A stretch of DNA of 64,000 nucleotides from Eledone cirrhosa (Eukaryota), in the NCBI GenBank assembly GCA_964016885.1, contig OZ024741.1, forward strand, positions 252,898,001-252,962,000. Direction: 5' to 3'. Shown here piece by piece: positions 59,406 to 64,000 of the stretch (position 1 is its first letter; every line of letters begins with the position of its first letter). Under the pieces are notes generated by a model. That model made no database searches. It saw nothing but the letters and a program-made list of their open reading frames with translations, and was not told the DNA's origin. Position numbers and translations under genes: made by a program.

Positions 59406-59994
59406 ATTTAGGAACAGTTTAGGTATGATACATTTTATTACTAATTATATCTAAATGTTTCTTCTCTCTTCATAATGTATTTTTAACTCTGATACTGGTT
59501 CAGTCTGGTTCAAACTGAATTGGTCTGTCCCAGTCATTCATTGAGCAACATCGGTGAAGTTGGCACCCTTAACTCACAGTTGGGTGCGGATGCATTCATG
59601 TATATATGTGTGTGTCCGCATGTATCTGTGTGTTTCTAAATATATATATATATATATATATATGGGTTCCACCAGGTTTAAAATACTTAATATATATATG
59701 ATGATGATGATGATGATATCCCTGGTGGAATATTTTGGGTATATTAAACCTGGTGGTACCCATAGCCTTTCCAGATTTGAACACAGCCAGAGAAGGAAAG
59801 AGAGAAAAAGGGAGAAGGAAATATAGAGAAAAACATCATCCTCAGTAATGGACTGGTACATTTTTATCAATCTCAAAAATTTGAACTCAGAAAGCATAAA
59901 AAAAAAATCAGAAAGATTACTGCAAAGAACTCTATCCAATGTTCTAATGACTCTGCCAATTTGCCACCTTATTCTACATAAGACATATAATAAC

Positions 59995-60182
59995 TGTTTC
60001 TACGTTAGGCACAAGGCCAGAAATTACACAGTGCATTACTGGTACTTTATTTTATCGACCCCGTAAGGATGAAAGGCAAAGTTAACCTTGGCGGGATTTG
60101 AACTCAGAATGGCAAGGGCCGTAACTCTATACATCAAAGCATGGCGTCCAACCCTCTACCAATACTGCCAATCCACCGCCCT
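59995..60182 (-). mobile_element. group A SINE with 16-bp TSD
   Basis: TAAGACATATAATAAC at 59979-59994 and 60183-60198; a degenerate copy precedes it at ~59840-59970. Confidence 0.9.
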
Positions 60183-60549
60183 TAAGACATATAATAACAA
60201 CAGGTGAGATGCAGTGGGGCTAGGAAGATGAGAAATATTCATTTAAATCTAAGGGATAAAATGTTCCAAGGGTGAATATGGTGCATTGCTCTTTGTGTTT
60301 CCTGGAGTGATGCTCTATGGTAGGTGGGCACTCTGGATATTTAGCTGTGATTAAGGGATTAGCCAGAGATATTGAAATGGTGGTGCAATTGGGTTGCCTG
60401 GAGTAGCTTGACAGACGCTGTGAAGGACATTGGCAGACAAATCAACTAGTTGATAGCCTATTTTCCAGCATTGGATTATAGTAAAGTAAATTATCAAAAC
60501 CTTAACTCTTGACAAAGTTGTAAAAGTGCTGTCTTGATACACACACAAC

Positions 60550-60780
60550 ATGTTTTGGGCATTTCAAACCTGGTGGTACCCCTTTCTCTCCAGGTCTAAA
60601 CACAGTTGATTGTTTCCAGATAAAGTGAGAATGAGAACAAATTGACCCCAGTATTGAACTGGTACTTTTTTTTATCAAACCTGAAAGGATAGGATTTGAA
60701 CACAGAATACATAAAATCAAAACAAATGCTGAAACATTTTTAATTTGAAGCCCTAATGACTCAACCAATTTGCCGTCTTC
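60550..60780 (-). mobile_element. group A SINE variant (as 25578-25808)
   Basis: Minus strand GTTCAAATCC..CCTTTCAGGTTTGATAAAAAAAAGTACCAG..GGTACCACCAGGTTTGAAATGCCC. Confidence 0.65.
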
Positions 60781-61539
60781 AGACAAATAAGAACATGTGT
60801 AAGGCACCAAGGAAAGAGAAGTGCTATTTTATTCAAATGAAATGTATTTGTTATTCCAAAAAGAATTTTTTGGCTGACATTATATAAGAGGGTCACAGTA
60901 ACCTTTTAAGTGTTTCGGGCCTCAAAAGGACACAATCCAGCTTGGCTTGCTTCACCAACAAAACAGACATCACAGAGTTTGCTAATGATGTAGTATATAA
61001 TATTGATGGATGTGTAGCTGAAGCTTTGTGTGATTTTGGTATTGTGTTTAGATATGACAATTGTCGTGATATTATTAAGGTAGGAATAGGTGTAACATAT
61101 GTTATGGAGATCCTACTTGAATATACCTGGCTGCATGAAGCTGGGAACTTCTAATTAAAAAATTAAAAAAGGTTGTTGTGGAAATTCCAATCCTGAAACC
61201 CCCCCCCCCCCCCCACACCTTCCATCCAATTGAAAGACAGAGGAGATGGCGTGGGAAGAGATCGGTTATGGGGCTAGAGAATAGAAATTGGCAGTTGCAA
61301 AATAGTATGCTTTAATAGGGGGGTTGCTGGGTGGACAGTAAAATGTGGTAGGGATCTGGTCTGTACATGTGCCTGAGGAGATGGGGTTGTAGCTGAGCAG
61401 CAGTTGGCATGGTTGATGGCCTTCTTCCCTTCCTAATCCCACTCACCCCAGCTGCTGTTATGCAGAATGTCTTTAAAAAATCTTTATTTTATTTCTGGTA
61501 TTTTAAAATTCATTTCTATTTAAATTTTATTATTATTAA

Positions 61540-61799
61540 GTGTGTGTGTTTGTGTGTATTTGTGTGTGTATGTGCATGTGTGTGCATGCGTGTGTATGTG
61601 TGTGTGTATGAATATGTGTGTGTGTGAGTGTTTGTGTGTGTGTATGTGTATGTGTGTGCACTAGTGAGAAAATGTGAATTGGTAGCACACTATCTCTAGT
61701 TCGTGTCCATGTATGTTTGAATGTATGAGTGTGTGTCTGTGTGCTCACCTTATCTGTATTTATGTTTATGCACTGACGTGTGTATGTGTATGTGTGAGT

Positions 61800-61875
<76 letters not shown>

Positions 61876-61985
61876 AATAGTGAGAAAATGAGAATTGGTA
61901 GCACAGCTTCACTCATTCGTATTCATGAGTGACTCCATGAATATGTGTGCTTTTATTATCTGTGTGTGTGTGTGTGTGTGTTTAT
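61540..61985. repeat. (TG)n microsatellite field
   Basis: Directly visible. Confidence 0.95.
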
Positions 61986-62444
61986 GCATGCACTGACATG
62001 GATGCACATGTATTGTGTGGGTGTGGGTGTGCTACTGTTGACAAACTTTATGTTACATTCTCTGACCTGGCCAACAAAAACACCCCTTCCCTTCCTTAAA
62101 CTGACAATTAAACCCCATCCCTCTCCTCAACACCCTCGTCCTCTTTTAATGCTCTTATTTTTTCTTTATCCCACCCTCTCCCAAATTCTTTCCTCCCTTC
62201 TCTGCCTATCTCTCTTTATCTCTAATCGCTCTTCCTTGCTCTCTTTATCTCTCCTTTATCACTTTTATTCTCCCTCCACCTCACCTTCTACCAACTTTTC
62301 TTCCTCTCTCCTTTCCTCTATTATATTCTCTCCAGCCGCTTCCCTCCTATACATATGCAACTACTAACTCTGTGTCTCTAACTGTCATGCGACTAAACAC
62401 ATCATAGACTATGGGCAAAGGATATCTCTCTCTCTCTCTTTCTC

Positions 62445-62478
62445 TGTCTGAAGAAGGACTTCGTCCAAAACATCAAAA
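62445..62478 (+). ncRNA. decayed minimal hammerhead motif
   Basis: CTGAAGA-aGGAC ttc GTCC-aAAAC-aTC; two CpG-type changes from CGAAACGTC; stem I not intact. Confidence 0.4.
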
Positions 62479-62915
62479 CCTCGTCTGACAACAATAGAGA
62501 AACTCAGGAAACTTCTAAACTTCTCCGCCAATAAATACCATATTCTATCAACGCAGACCACCATTAACTTCCCCTAAATTGTGTCATTATCTTCATCATC
62601 GTCAATATTTAACGCTAGCAAGAGTTGGGTTGAATAAGACTTCACAGACCGCGTTAGTACTCAGGTAGGGCTACTGGTCTCGTACATACACACACACAAC
62701 TATATATATACACACACACACACATATATAAGAACAGAACAAAGGAAAGACACAAAATAAAATATTATTCACTGAGGTCACAAACATTCGGTTATTGAAC
62801 CAACAAACCGGAAATTTATAATAAATTGAAGAGAAAACCCACAGGTGCGTGTGTTTTTAGTGGTAGCATGACCCTTCCAAAGTATAACAATACACATACA
62901 AACACACACACACAC

Positions 62916-62950
<35 letters not shown>

Positions 62951-62955
<5 letters not shown>

Positions 62956-63280
62956 GTGCGCCGGTATTCGCGGGATTTACGTTCCTAGAGCACCCGCGAA
63001 GAGTGGATAACCACGAATATTGGACGTGGCCTATAAACGTCAAAATATAACGTAAAATATAATACAGAAAGAGGCAGCTTCTTATGCGAAGCTGCATCCA
63101 ATAGACCGGCAAATACGGTATATTGTTATTAATAATTTAGCATTAAAAATATATATTGCCACGAAAAAAAGCCATAAAAAATTTGCAGACGATATTTACG
63201 ATTCCGCGAATATACGGTGGTTTCCACGAACAATTATTAGTTAGGTTCTAAGGAAAATTAAGAATGCCTGGGGTTTACTG
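62951..63280. mobile_element. Tc1/mariner (pogo/Tigger-like) MITE, degenerate
   Basis: Ends ...GGGGTTTACTG|TA; degenerate left end TAGTTGTGCGCCGGTATTCGCGGG; repeated CCGCGAA/CCACGAA motifs; TA flanks. Confidence 0.6.
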
Positions 63281-63335
<55 letters not shown>

Positions 63336-63839
63336 CACATATTAAGGTAATGTTATATACCATTTCCACCTTCGCTTGGCTAATAACATCAGAGATACGA
63401 TTAGCTAGCCGACAGCGATTGACACTTGGTCACTTACCTTGTCATCTGGTCGCCTGGTCAACAGAAAACGACATTGTCACCGGTCAATAAACACAGACAC
63501 TTAAGACAATAAAACTGTTAAAACAATGGATTAAAAAAAACACTTTACACCAGTAAACTGGTTTGTTTATTGTACATATATATCTTTTCTAAGTGTCTTT
63601 ATCCAATCGATAGAGACACTTAAGGCAATAGATACTTGAAACAAATAATTCGGAAACACAGTCAGTTAGATATGTTTGATATCTGTCATTAGTACAACAC
63701 AACAAAGGTTAGCATTATCGAACATAAATTTTCTACTCGACCGATTGTTGTTCTAGCGAACCGGAAACAAACTTGTGAGGCAAAATCAACAATGAAAAGT
63801 GAAAACACATGTCCTAAACACATACAGACACACACACAC

Positions 63840-63900
<61 letters not shown>

Positions 63901-64000
63901 TATACCCGTATACATAAATATTCACAGACACATTGACAATAAGTAGTTTTAAGTAAACAGCAATATATACGTAACTACTAACAGAAACAGAACGGCATAG

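Larger units (their letters stand above)
58567..59645 (+). mobile_element. young retrozyme/non-autonomous Penelope-like element: ~1.8 tandem copies of a 591-bp monomer with two HHRs
   Basis: ~58567-59054 appears identical to ~59158-59645 (offset 591); CpG-rich; flanked by (TA)n; no long ORF. Confidence 0.8.

Overview
AT-rich, repeat-saturated eukaryotic DNA with no recognisable host gene exon. The SINE set and RTE tails resemble those of octopus or other cephalopods (inference). Contents: many (TA)n/(CA)n/(TC)n and trinucleotide microsatellites; two tRNA-derived SINE groups; RTE LINE fragments; one decayed Tx1/L1-clade LINE with an 11-bp TSD (26575-30628); Helitron-like and Tigger-like non-autonomous elements; and a ~19-kb 48-bp satellite with kb-scale higher-order duplications (31567-50525). 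The most notable signal is a set of apparently unrelated non-coding elements that each carry a type I hammerhead ribozyme (HHR) motif, most in Penelope/retrozyme-style partial tandem or inverted repeats. The best is a young, apparently identical 591-bp tandem (58567-59645) with two well-formed HHRs carrying a compensatory U3-A8 core. Another has a direct repeat starting within 2 nt of the predicted cleavage site (9092-9960). All ribozyme calls are manual folds, not experimentally or computationally validated.
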